The position numbers and the translations under genes are program-made. A stretch of DNA of 64,000 nucleotides from the human T2T-CHM13v2.0 reference genome, Homo sapiens. Where the stretch lies: NCBI RefSeq assembly GCF_009914755.1, contig NC_060932.1; one strand, 5' to 3'. Of the stretch, positions 44,610 to 56,672 are shown in pieces (position 1 is the stretch's first letter; every line of letters begins with the position of its first letter). A model generated the notes under the pieces. The model did no database searches, was not told the DNA's origin, and saw only the letters and a program-made list of their open reading frames with translations.

Positions 44610-44785
44610 GTTCAGCCACTTACTAATGTGATCTTGGGCAAATCACCTTTAAACTCAATCTGACTTTCCTCACTTGCTAAATAGGAATAATAACGCCTAC
44701 CTTGCAGGGTTTGGTTCTGCTTTAAAATAATAATCTGCATGAGAGACTCAATCCTTGAGCATGGTATACACTAAAAGGTTATTAA
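44610..44785 (+). mobile_element. MIR
   Basis: gccacttactaatgtgatcttgggcaaatca ... tttcctcacttgctaaataggaataataa core. Confidence 0.75.
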
Positions 44786-45857
44786 TTTCCCCCTTCACTC
44801 TCATTTGTCATTGCAATTTTACTTGAATTATTAACCTAAAATTAGCTTATCTATTACTTATATCCCATTTTGAAATAAAACTGATTTTATTTTTGCCCCC
44901 AGTGGGTCAGTAGAAAGACTTAAATAGTATCTTGGACACATAGTAATTCTTTTTTCCTTTTTTGTTCTAAGAAAATCCTCATTTGTGACAGAACTGCCAC
45001 ATAGTCCTGAAGAATAAGGAAAGTCAGGCGATGAATGACTATTTTCCAGAAGACAGGTAAAGCATATTTGGTAGATTAATTCTCAATTCACCTTCTAAGC
45101 AGAAAAGGACAAAACCCTCATTTACCAAGATTCTAAAGAGATTTCCAGGCAAGTCCCTAGCCAGCCCCACATCAGTCTTTGCTTTGAAGCATCCATTCCC
45201 CAGAGCTTGGTTTTCTTGACTAGGTCCCAAACCTTTTATTGAGCCGCAAGGCGACCGGAGGAAACAATCGGCTTCTTGCACAGACATTCACGTGTCTGGT
45301 GGCACTCAAGAGAGGGCTGGCACAAAAGTGCTTATCAGAGAATCAATCTTTTTTGCCTATTATCTTCCTTTTCCTCGGAAGAAAGTGAGTTAGTGCAATT
45401 ACCTCATCTAGAACAATTACCTCACCTTAAACTGTTTATTCTTCAGAGAAAGGCGTTTGGGAGCAGGTAGCACATTGGCGGGAGACATGGATTTTTGAAA
45501 AGTACTTGATGTTGAGCGTGGGTAGTGAGGAACTGCTGGGAAGGTTGCCTTTCAAACCAAGGCTCCCTTTTCTATGGGGGATTACCAGGCAAAAGGTGAG
45601 CTCTGCTGCCATTTTGAGGACTCGATCCTGGCAGCGATAATGAGGTAGTCCAATTGGGGAGCCTGGGACTCCCCACCAACTTCCTGGGTGTGCTCTGAAA
45701 TTGAGTGACCTAGGACAAGCTCTCTAAAGTTACTCCTCCAGCAGAGGGAAGAGGCAACCGTGAGGTATTTTCGAAAGCAGTTAAATAAAAATTTGATAAT
45801 CTATCTAAAACAAGCCACACTTAAAAAAAAAAAAAAAGAGTCTTCTTTCCTTCTTCT

Positions 45858-46302
45858 TATAAAAGTCCAGCGCGTTTCAAAGTCCTTTTAATTGTCAGGC
45901 CCAGAGAGACATTAGAATGAGACCACAATCATGCCCTACTCCTTCCTTTAAACTATATATTCATTTCTTAAAACTACATACTATTACTACAAATAGCTAT
46001 AAATTAACCTAATAATACCACATCAAACAGTATAACCCACATCCTATGACTTAACTATATATAACTAATCACTAATCGACATTATTTCAATAAATCAGTA
46101 TAAATTCCTAACAATGTTACATCAGTCCACTCCCCATCCCCCTTTTTTTTGCCTTTAAGAATCCACTTATAACTACTACTAATCAAAATATATATTCAAA
46201 ACAACTTAAATCTATACTCCTGAGTTGCAATCCTCACACTTGGCCCAAATAAACTCTTACTTATATTAATTTCGCCTCACCTTCTTCCTTTTTAAGTCGA
46301 CA
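45858..46302 (+). mobile_element. ERV1 (MER4-group, MER89-like) solo LTR, strongly G-depleted
   Basis: tgtcaggcccagagagacatt near start, ttggcccaaataaactc polyA signal, end ...gtcgaca. Subfamily and 5' boundary uncertain. Confidence 0.7.
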
Positions 46303-46899
46303 CTCCTTTCCCTGATACTTACCAGAAGGCAATTCCTTGGGCTCAGATTAAAACTGACAAAAATAGGAGCCATTCGAAATGAGGGAGCTTCTGAAAAGTT
46401 TGGGGATTCCGGAGTGTTCAGGACAACAGAATAGGGAATTCGAAAAAAAAAGAAAGCAAAAATAAAAATCGATTATACAAGCCTTAATGCACCCATGATT
46501 GTTATTCCCCACTTCTTTATTTATATGAATGAAGTTAGCATAGTTGCAGCAATGGAGTAACTCCATTATTATTTTTTCCCACTACGCATTTATTTTAAGT
46601 CTTTCTTTTTCTCAGGATGTTTTCCTGAGTGATGTCTGATCTAATGGGAAAAAGTGGAAGTAGGAGAGGCAGGACTTTAGAAGGGCTCAAAGTAGATGAA
46701 CAAAACGGAGGTCTCCTGGAAGCAGGTGACTGAGTTAGGCAACCGAGATGCCCACATATCTGTGCGGCGTTCGCCCCAAGAGGCCAGCCGGCTCCGCTCA
46801 GCTCCCCGCGGCGTGGCCGCATCCCCGCCGCCCGACTCCCAGCCCGCTTCCTCTCTCCGCGAGCGGTGGGGGGGGCTGCAGGCGGGGCCCGAAGCGCCC

Positions 46900-47050
46900 C
46901 GGGGGCACGTGGAGCGGCCTCTGGCTCACCTGCGCCTCCCGGGCCCCAGCCCAGCGCCGCCGCGTCACCGCCCCTCCCGCGGCCCCGCCCCAGCCCGGCT
47001 CATTGGCTGCCGCTCGGAGGGGAGGGGAAGGGGCGGCTGCGGGGGTCTCA
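46900..47050 (+). promoter_or_regulatory. UNC5D: TATA-less core/proximal promoter
   Basis: E-box cacgtg 46906-46911, CRE half-site cgtca 46963-46967, GC box ggccccgcccc 46981-46991, inverted CCAAT (attgg) 47002-47006. Exact TSS not determinable from sequence. Confidence 0.7.
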
Positions 47051-47187
47051 TTAGCGATGCGGACTCTCGCCTCCGCTCCGTAGTTCGGGGCCCGGCAGCG
47101 GCGCGAGGGCTGGGAACTGCGCGGCGGGGACTGCGGGCGACTCCGGCATCCGCGCTGGCGGCAGCGGTCGCCGCGCCGTGGGAAGCT

Positions 47188-47256
47188 ATGGGGACGCGCC
47201 CTTTCTCGGGGTGCCCATTCAGCGGCGGCTCGGAGCTCCCTGCCCCGCTGCTTTAG
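47188..47256 (+). other. candidate upstream ORF (22 aa) in 5' leader
   Basis: gctATGg context, MGTRPFSGCPFSGGSELPAPLL*, ending 131 nt before the main ATG. Confidence 0.5.
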
Positions 47257-47387
47257 GAAGCGATCGTGGAGCAGAGTCACTCTCTGAAGACTCCCGAGAC
47301 CCATTCGACTCGGGACCCTCATCGCCGACCCTTTCCCGGGCTCCCGGAGCGTGAAGAAGAGCCGCCCTCCGGAACGCGGCGAGGAGC

Positions 47388-47490
47388 ATGGGGAGAGCGG
47401 CGGCCACCGCAGGCGGCGGCGGAGGGGCGCGCCGCTGGCTCCCGTGGCTGGGGCTGTGCTTCTGGGCGGCAGGGACCGCGGCTGCCCGAG
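47388..47490 (+). CDS. UNC5D: UNC5D netrin receptor, coding part of exon 1 (signal peptide; 34 codons + 1 nt, phase-1 intron follows)
   Basis: agcATGg Kozak. [34 protein letters not shown] recognised as the UNC5D N-terminus. Donor GAG|GTAAGC at 47490/47491. Confidence 0.95.
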
Positions 47491-50400
47491 GTAAGCGCTG
47501 GGCGGAGCGGGCAGCTAGCTGGGGGCGAGGGCGCAGGGGCGCCAGCCTGACGGAGCGGGACCTGCACCGATGGCGTTGGCTTCCCAACTTGCGCCCTGCA
47601 CCTCGGCGCTCCAAGCCCAACCGGATGGGAGCCGAGTGGAGGACTCCGAGGGGACCACAGCCTTCCAACCCAAGTTTGCGATCTGCCGCAATCCTACAGG
47701 TGGCTGTGACCCGGGCCCCTACCGTTTTCCTGGACCCTCCTTGCCTGCTCCATTTTCCAAGCCCTCCCCAATTGCTGCAGACTGGAGTAGCCCGGTCTTC
47801 ACTCCAATCTCGCTCTCCCCTCTCCTCTCCACTTCCTCTCAAGCCGAGCTTGGTCATGAGTTAGCGCCCATAGCGATGTCGGAGAGTTCCTGGGGAGAGG
47901 GGCCAGGTGATGGGAGTGTCTGTAGGGTGGGCTTGAACAGAGAGGGTGTCTTTTCCCTTAGGGGAGGAACACCCATGCTGAAGTCCCTTCGCTCTGCGCC
48001 TAGCTTGGCACCCCTCGGGCGTCCTTAGCCCGAGGTCCCAGCCAGCCCTGGGCTTGGCTTGGCGGAGGCCGCGTGTGTGCGGGAGCTCGGGAGAGCGGCG
48101 TGCACCATCCCAGTTTAACCGCGCCTGCAGTGCCCAGCCGGGATGAGCACTTGGCCCGAGGCTGCTCACCAGGCGCCTCCTCTCCCTTCCCGGCGCCTAC
48201 TCTGGCTTGGAAGCGCGGGCCCCACCGAGCCGCAGGGAAACCTCTGCTTCTTTCCGACTTAGAAGCCTAGACCCCATTTTCTTGGATCCTCTGGACTCCA
48301 GCAGAGGGAAATTTCGCAACTGGTTTCAGCTCCACCTTGAGCGAGGACAGGCAGCATCAAGTTAAAGATAAATCCCAAGGAGTTGTTTTGAAGATGATCA
48401 GAGGCAGTTTCAGACACAGCTCAAGTACCGGAGCTTTACCTTTGAAAAAAATCGGAAGCTTTGCCTTCCCGCCCTTCTTTCCCTTTTTCCTTCTCTGTGT
48501 TCCATCCATCAGGCTTAGAATATGTGATACCGTTAAATGATTTGCCTTACACTTGCCAGGGGAGAGGTGGAGCTGAGCTGACCACTTCACCTGCTCTGTT
48601 CGGTCTCCTGAACATGCTCCGACCAGCCTGGAGAGTGAAAGGGTGGAAAGGGTTGAGGACGATCACAAAAGAACCAATGTTATCTCATTTTTATAAAAGC
48701 TTATGGCGTGTTAAAAGCAGTCCGGCTGCCTAGAAAGATTTTCTTTTTAAGAGGTTGATAGAGGCTCTCCATTGTATGATCCTATTCTTTGCCCATTTGC
48801 ATTTCATTTCCTGAAAAGTTTTTTTTTTTTTTTTTTTTTTTAATGGAGCGGGCTTTGTAAGAAGCAGGGGAGGTTTAAAAATGAGCGTCGGTGATTGTAC
48901 ACCCTGGGTTATGATGAACCACAGTTCCTTCTCGTACTGGAAGAAGCACAAGCTTCAGCCATTTAATTTACTACGTACGGCAAATGTCTCATTGCAAAGT
49001 CAGCTCTCAGTTGTTTTTAATACACTCTTATGGGAAAAGTGGGTCTTTTCTAAATGTTAATCTAAATGTCTGAGTTTCCACTTACTATTCGTGTGGAATA
49101 CCTCACAGTCACTAACTCCAGGTACTCACCCTTGGAATTGGGTTGGTGACCTTGTCTTGAAGCCAGCTCGAAACAAGAGGTGGGGACATGCCAGCAGCCT
49201 CTTGGATGGAGTTTTGCTGGCTGCGAAACTAAGGCTAGCACCTCTTGTCTGCAAGCTGTTCTTTAAAGGTCTCCTGGAAAACATGCTGTACATTCTGCAG
49301 GCTTATTTACAACAAATGTCTTGCACAGATCATAGTAATATGCAAGACACATGGAGTGGAGCCGTAAATCTGACTGATATTTCCCATGTCATATTTTACA
49401 TTCTGGGGCATGAGGCCCATTCCCCTTAGCAACTGTCAGAGAGTCCTCAAGAAATGAGCACTAGTCAGGCTGTGAAACCGGTGAAGCCACATGCACCTGG
49501 CTTTGCACAGTTGGGTGTAATTGGAGTTTTCAGAATAGAGGGTGTGTTTCAGTGCTTATGAAGTTCTCCCTTCCCAGAAAGGTGTCCATTCATTAAAACC
49601 AAGATAAGATGCACTGGTGTGGCATGCTTGCCTGACCACTAGTCTCACCATACTCTCTAGGATTAGCCCTAGGTTGTTCTTACTTATCCAATTAATAGTT
49701 TTTGTTCTTTAGGACTTTTCTTGTTGATTTGAAACAAGATACTTTGCTTGCCCTAACCAACGGGGTATAGAATTATGCCATTTGCCTTGCTGTTATGAGA
49801 ATATTTAACAATTCAGTAGCGTTTTCTTTACCATATTTATCATTTATCTGTTTCCAAAATGATTGCACCAACTTTTTTTTTTCTTTCCTTTCCCTCCATA
49901 CTTATGTAGAAACCTCTGCAAATCAGAGGGAGATTTCAAATTGGTTTTGAATATACTCTAGGAGGAAGACCCTTGGGACAAGGAAATGTTGTAGAGCCCA
50001 GTAGTGGCCCAAGAAGCAATGTTCTGTTTCCCTCCTTTGTAAGTAAGACTTAGCTCTTCAGATGAACATCTCTGCCTGTCGGCATATTGTAAGGAAGGCA
50101 CTCTGGTGCCATGATCACTGTATATTTTTACACTTTCCAACTTAAAAGGAGGTTGTTTAAAAGTTATTCATGACCTGCCAAGTGCTAACTGAATCCACAT
50201 CATGTTGTCATACTGATTTGTTTTTGTTCTTCAAGAAAAAAAGGGGGACTGCTGTTCATCTGCTTGTTATTTTTGCCTTAGATACTGTACATAAGATACT
50301 GTAGTCATTAAAGGCAGAGAGGAAGATAATCTTAGACAAGCTGAGCTTTCATACAATTTCTTGCTTTAAAACATTTCCTGGACAATGAAATTTTGATTGC

Positions 50401-51509
50401 AATAACTAGAGTAATGCATTAATGGCAAGAGAAGTACACATTTATTACATAGGCATAATAATAGTCTTGTGATTTACACATACTTAAATCCGTCTATCTG
50501 TCTAGCTCATAAAGTTTAAAATCTATAGTCATTTCTACCTTAATGAATGTTGTGAGGCCACCCTCTTCCTTCCCACTTTACTTCTTCTGTTCCTTTTCCT
50601 CACAAATCTTTCTCTTCCTAGGACTATGAGAAAGAGTCTTTTTCCCCTATTTCCTGCCAGACTTATTTTTTCCTGATTCTTGGGTTGTGCTCTTATTTTG
50701 AGCAGCCCAGTGGCACCTTCTTAAGAGATCTTTTAAGCATCTCAGTTTTTAATAAGAGATTAATTGTTCTGACCTAGCCCTATAATGATAGCACTTGTCA
50801 CCCTTTGCATACTTTTTTTGCTCTCCAGATGACCTATCGGTGGGTCTGTGGTTCTTTAAGTAGTACCTCACAGGGGAGGGAAACATTTGGAGCTGTGGAT
50901 CCTTTCTGAGCTCTCTCAGGACTGGATGACTGAATCCGTCAGGTAGTTCTACACTGCGCTGTCTTATTGATTAGGAAATCACTTTTCTGTTTATTGTCTC
51001 AATGCTTCATAAATTTGTTTCTATTGTCCTCTTCCTACCAAATGCAGTACCCAACTTAAAGCACTGCCAGTGTTTATCAGGGAATTGGTTTATTGGGAGA
51101 TACTGCATGTTTGATATCCTTCCCTTCTGCTTTTTTTTTTTTTAATATCTAGGCTAGAGACTCAGACATGTATTAAAATCTAATCCCAAAGACAAGTGAT
51201 TTATTCCATAGCATCCTCTTAAGGAAGGGGGTGGTGGTGGTGTGTGATGCCCTCATAATGGGAAGGCACATGTGTTCACAGGGAGCCCAGATGTGCCCTC
51301 CTTCTTGATTACACCTTTGCCATTAATGCTGATTGTCCCTTCGTCCAGGCTGTTACTTGGCCAGCAACATCATTGTCTTCTCTTCCTTCCTCCTCCTTCT
51401 GATACCTTCATGAACTAACTGCTCAACAGAATAGATCAATGGAAACGTTCCCTATTTCTATTTCATTCTTAGTCACATATTCTATGTAGAGACACTTATT
51501 TTCTCCCTC

Positions 51510-51885
51510 CTTCTTTCTTTTCCTTTTCTTTTTTCCTTTCCTTTCCTTTTTCCTTTCTCTCTTTTCTCTTTTCTTTTCTTTTCTTTTTTGAGACAGGTTC
51601 TCACTCTGTCATCCAGGCAGGAGTGCAGTGGTGCCATCATAGCTCACTGCAGTGGCGAACTCCTAGGCTCAAGTGATCCTCCCACCCCAGCCTCTTGAGT
51701 AGCTGGGACTGTAGGCATGCATCATCACACCCGGCTCAGTAATTTTTTGTGTGTGTTTGTTTGTTTGTAGAGATTAGCTCTCACTATTTTGCCCAGGTTG
51801 GTCTTGAACTCCTGGGCTCAGGTGATCCTTCTGCCTTGGCCTCCCAAAGTGCTAGGATTACAGGTATGAACCACCACATCTGGCC
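51510..51885 (-). mobile_element. AluJ with (TTTTC)n-expanded tail
   Basis: Pyrimidine repeat 51510-51589 followed by antisense Alu dimer. Confidence 0.9.
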
Positions 51886-52084
51886 TCACCCCTTTACTTT
51901 CTAAATGGCTACTGCCGGCATAAGACCTATTATCATGTTGTTAGCACTCTTTTTGTATTGTACCTGTTCCTTAAAATAATAAATACATTTCTGCAACTTT
52001 GTTTGAATATGAAATAATACTTACATGAAATAATAGTAATACTTATTAGTAATACTTTCATACTTAGTTGAGTATGAAATAATA

Positions 52085-52310
52085 CTCCTAATAATAGTAC
52101 TTACTTCATGTGTGAGAGTCATAATTCTAAATGCTCTACAAACATTAACTGATGTAATCCTGAAGATAACTCTTTGAGGTAAGTACTGTGATTACCCCCA
52201 TTGGTAAGATAGGAAAAGAGGGACACAGGATTGAAAGCTTGCCCAAGGCCATGGAGTTAGGACATAGTAGGGCCTAGATTTGTACCTACTCCATCTGACT
52301 CCAGGGCCCA
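52085..52310 (-). mobile_element. MIR
   Basis: aactctttgaggtaagtactgtgattacccccatt ... gcttgcccaaggcca ... tctgactccagggccc. Confidence 0.8.
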
Positions 52311-53299
52311 CAACAAAGACAATTTTTCTGAACTATGCAGAAAAGAAAATGACCCTTGTATTTTGATGACAAAAGTACTCAAATGATATCTTTATTACTA
52401 TCAAGAGGCATAGAGGAATTTAGAGTACCTTAAATAAGTCTATAAATATGTTCAGATAAATCTGAAAGATTTGTGTTGTTTGAAAATAACCGCCCTCTCC
52501 CCATTCAGCTTACTATACTTTGGGATTGGATTCACACTTAAAATTCTGAGTGCCAGTTTCCAATATGATAGCTTGCTTTTGTTTTCAATTTTGAATTTCG
52601 GCAGAAAATATGACTCTGATTGAATACGCCATCCATGGAACGGCAGATCCCACGAGACTATTTGTTGCCTGTCTTGTATTTTTAGCCTTGTTTGCCAGGG
52701 AAATGTGGAGCATGAGATTTGAGAATAGATTGTTAACACCAGAGGCTGCTGTTTCTGCTGTTTTGGGTACTCCTGCTGCTGCTCTTGTGAGGCAGATGGC
52801 TAGATTCATTTATAGAAAATAGATATTCGTTCTATTTTGCATTTCCACTTTGAAAAGAACTTTTAATTGTTTGTGCCACATTGCATCGTATGGCCTTATT
52901 GTGTGCATACACACGCTGTGCGTAGATAATTTTCAGAATTAGGTGGATGTTAATGTATTCATTTTGGATTGTGTTATCTGAAATCCACTGCTAATTCCTG
53001 TGGTTTTGGAATTTTCTCTTGAAAGGAGTATGTTTTCGCTGTGTAAGTATTTTGTGCTCACCCTACCACCACTCCCCCCACACCACTTCACTGAATTCAG
53101 TGATAGAAATATGAGGGTTGTGTTTATGGGGCTAAAGTAGAAACAATAACCAAGTAGTAACATTTTTCAGATGATATCAGGCCACTATAGAGCATAAAAT
53201 ATTTCTGAATATTGTTTCTATCAGGACAAGGATAAAATGAGGTCAGTATTCTTCTTATATGACCAGTCTCACTTTTTTTTTTTCAAACTTCAGAGTAGC

Positions 53300-53610
53300 T
53301 TTTATTTTTTATTTTTAAATTTTAACACTTTTTAAAATTGACGCATAGTACATGTACATAGTTTTGGGGTACAAGTAATAACTTAATACATTAATATAAT
53401 TAGTAAAGATCAAATCAGTGTACTGGGTTATCTATCACCTTTTGATATTTATCTTTTCTTTATGCTAGAAACATTTGAATTGTTCTCTTTCAGCTATTTT
53501 GGAATATGCAATAGATTATTATAAACTATAGTCACCCTACTGATCTATCAGACACTGGGTCTTATTCTATTAAGTGGTATATTTGTACCCATTTATCAAC
53601 TTCTTTTCTT
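53300..53610 (-). mobile_element. L1MA-type 3' end fragment
   Basis: aattgacgcatagtacatgtacatagttttggggtaca ... aactatagtcaccctactg, homologous to 3070-3430. Confidence 0.8.
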
Positions 53611-54012
53611 TTGATAGTTTATTTTATAAATGAGGAGACTGAAAAAGTTGAAAGCTGTCTTCCAAGAGAGGTCAATGTTGGCTTTATTTAATGCAAATAT
53701 TGACTTTCTGCCCCCAAATTACTGGATTCATAAGGTGCAAAAGAACCCTCCTTCCCAGAAAGATTGGTACAGGTACCCCCACCACTCCAGCCCACATTGT
53801 ATTTAAGGGTATTTTTCCACAGGTGGGAAAATATCACTGTAACCACGTGGGATTTGAATAAGAAACTTTACAGATGTTTTGTCGTTACCTAAATTGAATG
53901 CTATGGCTTCCCAGTCAGATAAGTCAGAGGGGAAATGACATCACAGACATTTGGGAAGGTAAGTAACTGGTAGGCAGGCATAGGAAGGAGAAGATGCAAG
54001 AGGCCACAGTGA

Positions 54013-54408
<396 letters not shown>

Positions 54409-54647
54409 AGCAACTTATTATTAAAGAGAACGTATTTACTCAATATTGGAGAAGATTTGCCTCTAAATAAATATCTGGTAGTTTAGGGTTGCTTAGAAGT
54501 CATTGGTGTCTTCTGTTAGCAACAGTACTTATTTAGTAGTTAACATCTTTATTTTAATTTAGTGTAATAAACCTACTGGGAGAGAAGGGGAAGTCAAATG
54601 ATCATGGGTTATGGAAGCTAAGCTGGTAATATTTGAAACTCACAAAT

Positions 54648-54790
54648 CAGTGCTTTTCAGATGTTAATGTGCATTTGAATTACTGCAGATCTTGTTAAAA
54701 TGCACATTCTGATTTAATAAACCTGGGGAGGGGCCTGAGGTTCTGCATTTCTGATAAACTCCCAGATGACACCATCTGGGGGCCATGGAT
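54648..54790. mobile_element. MER5A hAT DNA transposon
   Basis: cttgttaaaatgcacattctgattt ... gcctgaggttctgcatttctgataaactcccag. Confidence 0.8.
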
Positions 54791-56364
54791 GATAGTAATT
54801 CTTGTTTTCTATTTTCAATATTGTTTTTTCTTTTGCAAGCCAGTATGAAGTGGAATTCCATGTAAGAATATTTTTAAAATGCCAATTGAAGAGTAAGAAA
54901 ACACAAATGTCAATTTTAACTCAGACAAACAGCCACTTATAAAACAAATAGGCATTCTGAGGGCGCCGTCCTGATGCAATATAAAGCATTTATAAAGAAA
55001 GATGCTGCTCCAGTTTCACAATATTTTAAAAGTCTTGGATTTCCTTTTGAGCTAATTGGGGTCTTATATCTGCATCTAATTTATTTCTTGTCATAAAGAG
55101 GAAATTGACTCACCCAGAATTTTACCAGTTTGCCCAAAGTCAGATTTTTGTTAAATAAGAGGCCTTTCTAACTTTCTGTAGCACTCTTTCACGTTATTCT
55201 CTTGGCAGGAGCTACATATGCTTAAGAATGATCCGAAGTTCAGGATAATGAGGGGATGAGGCTATAGTTAAGCAAGAGATAGAATGAGAACAGTTGTTTT
55301 AAAAAAAACAGAGCAGTGAGTCCATATGGGGTAGTGATGTTTCCCAAGCGGTTGGATCCTTATCCCAACATGGTGTGGAGGTTGTGTCAGGCCCCTCTGC
55401 CTTTGATGCAAGTTCCATCTCATTCACTTTTACTTACCCAGTACCTGATAGGGCTTGTCCCATAGCACATGTTGAATAATGTGTGTTACTCGAACTTTAT
55501 TAAGGCATAAATATTTAGAATAAAATTTCAAAAATCTAATCAATACTGTGATAAAACCCTTAGGAAACTTTATTCACCAGAGGAAGAATAAAATAGTTGT
55601 AAGAGGGTTTGACATTTGTTTTAGACAGATACTAAGGCCTACATTCCTAGATAGATTCTTCTAGAAAGATGATTAAGTGACATCTATCATGTGGTCCTAT
55701 TATGCGTGGCTGTTTAATTCATGTGCATGCAACTTAACATTTTTAGGGGACTCACTTAATTCTGATTGCTTTGTATCTTTGTACCCGCCCTAATATTGAA
55801 CAGATGATGAAATTAAGGTTGACTTTAGAGATTTTTTGACCAAAGTCGAACAAACCTAAACAGGTAGTGATAAACAGTGCTAGGACTAGAAGCCAAGCCT
55901 TCATGGTTTCAGGGCCTTTTCGATGATGTTACCATGTAATTCTATTTTATTAGCACATGGATTGATTATACTGAGGTGGGATGATACAGCACTTCACTCA
56001 TAGTCCATTTGACAGGGATGTGGATGTATAAGCATCGGAGACAGAAAGAGAAATAAATGGATAAAAATTCATTTCACTGCCTATTGTGCCTTCTTGGTCT
56101 GTAGGGTGGTATGTTTCTCATGGTTATAAACAGAAATGGCCCTGTCTGTGACAAAGGGCTGTCACAAATGTGTCAGGAATGATTGGAGGACAGTAACTTT
56201 ATGAATATATTAAAAATAACATGCTGTAGTATGGAGTAATTGATGTGTAGAATATTCTGAAGAACTTTTGAAAAATCAGGGGATTTAAAGTAGTTTATTA
56301 AAGTAAGTAAAATAACAAATTACAGTAGTTTTTCTCAGGTTTTGTTTTTAAAGATGCTATTACA

Positions 56365-56672
56365 GGCTGGTCACAGTGGCTCATGCCTATAATCCCAGCA
56401 CTTTGGGAGGCTGAGGTGGGAGGATGGCTTGAGGCCTGGAGTTTGAGACTAGCCTGGACAACATAGCCAGACTCTCTTCTCTGCACATTTTTTTTTTTAA
56501 AGTTAGCTGGACGTGGTTGTTCGTGCCTGTAGTCCCAGCTACTCGGGAGGCTGAGGTCAGAGGACTGTGTGAGCCCAGGAATTTGAGGTGACAGTGAGCC
56601 ATAATCACTGCATTCCATTCCTGGAGACAGAGCAAGACCCTGTCCCTCCAAAAAAATTAATTAATTAAATAA
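56365..56672 (+). mobile_element. AluJ
   Basis: Dimer, TSD-like aaagatgctatta / aaatatgccatta. Confidence 0.9.

Larger units (their letters stand above)
46760..48240. promoter_or_regulatory. UNC5D: CpG island spanning UNC5D promoter, exon 1 and start of intron 1
   Basis: Abrupt rise in GC and CpG density relative to the AT-rich flanks. Confidence 0.95.

Noticed and set aside
45934-46221. Mitochondrial insertion (NUMT) suggested by L-strand-like G poverty
   Set aside because: No mitochondrial gene or tRNA is recognisable, and the segment is continuous with LTR-like ends and a polyA signal. A BLAST against mtDNA would settle it.
47491-47864. Extension of the UNC5D ORF to 158 aa
   Set aside because: Read-through past a consensus GAG|GTAAGC donor into the intron. 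It does not match the UNC5D protein as I know it.
46696-48169. Long overlapping ORFs (150-212 aa) on both strands of the CpG island
   Set aside because: Expected from high GC. Low-complexity Ala/Arg/Gly/Pro content. Only 47388-47490 has a recognised product and a splice donor.
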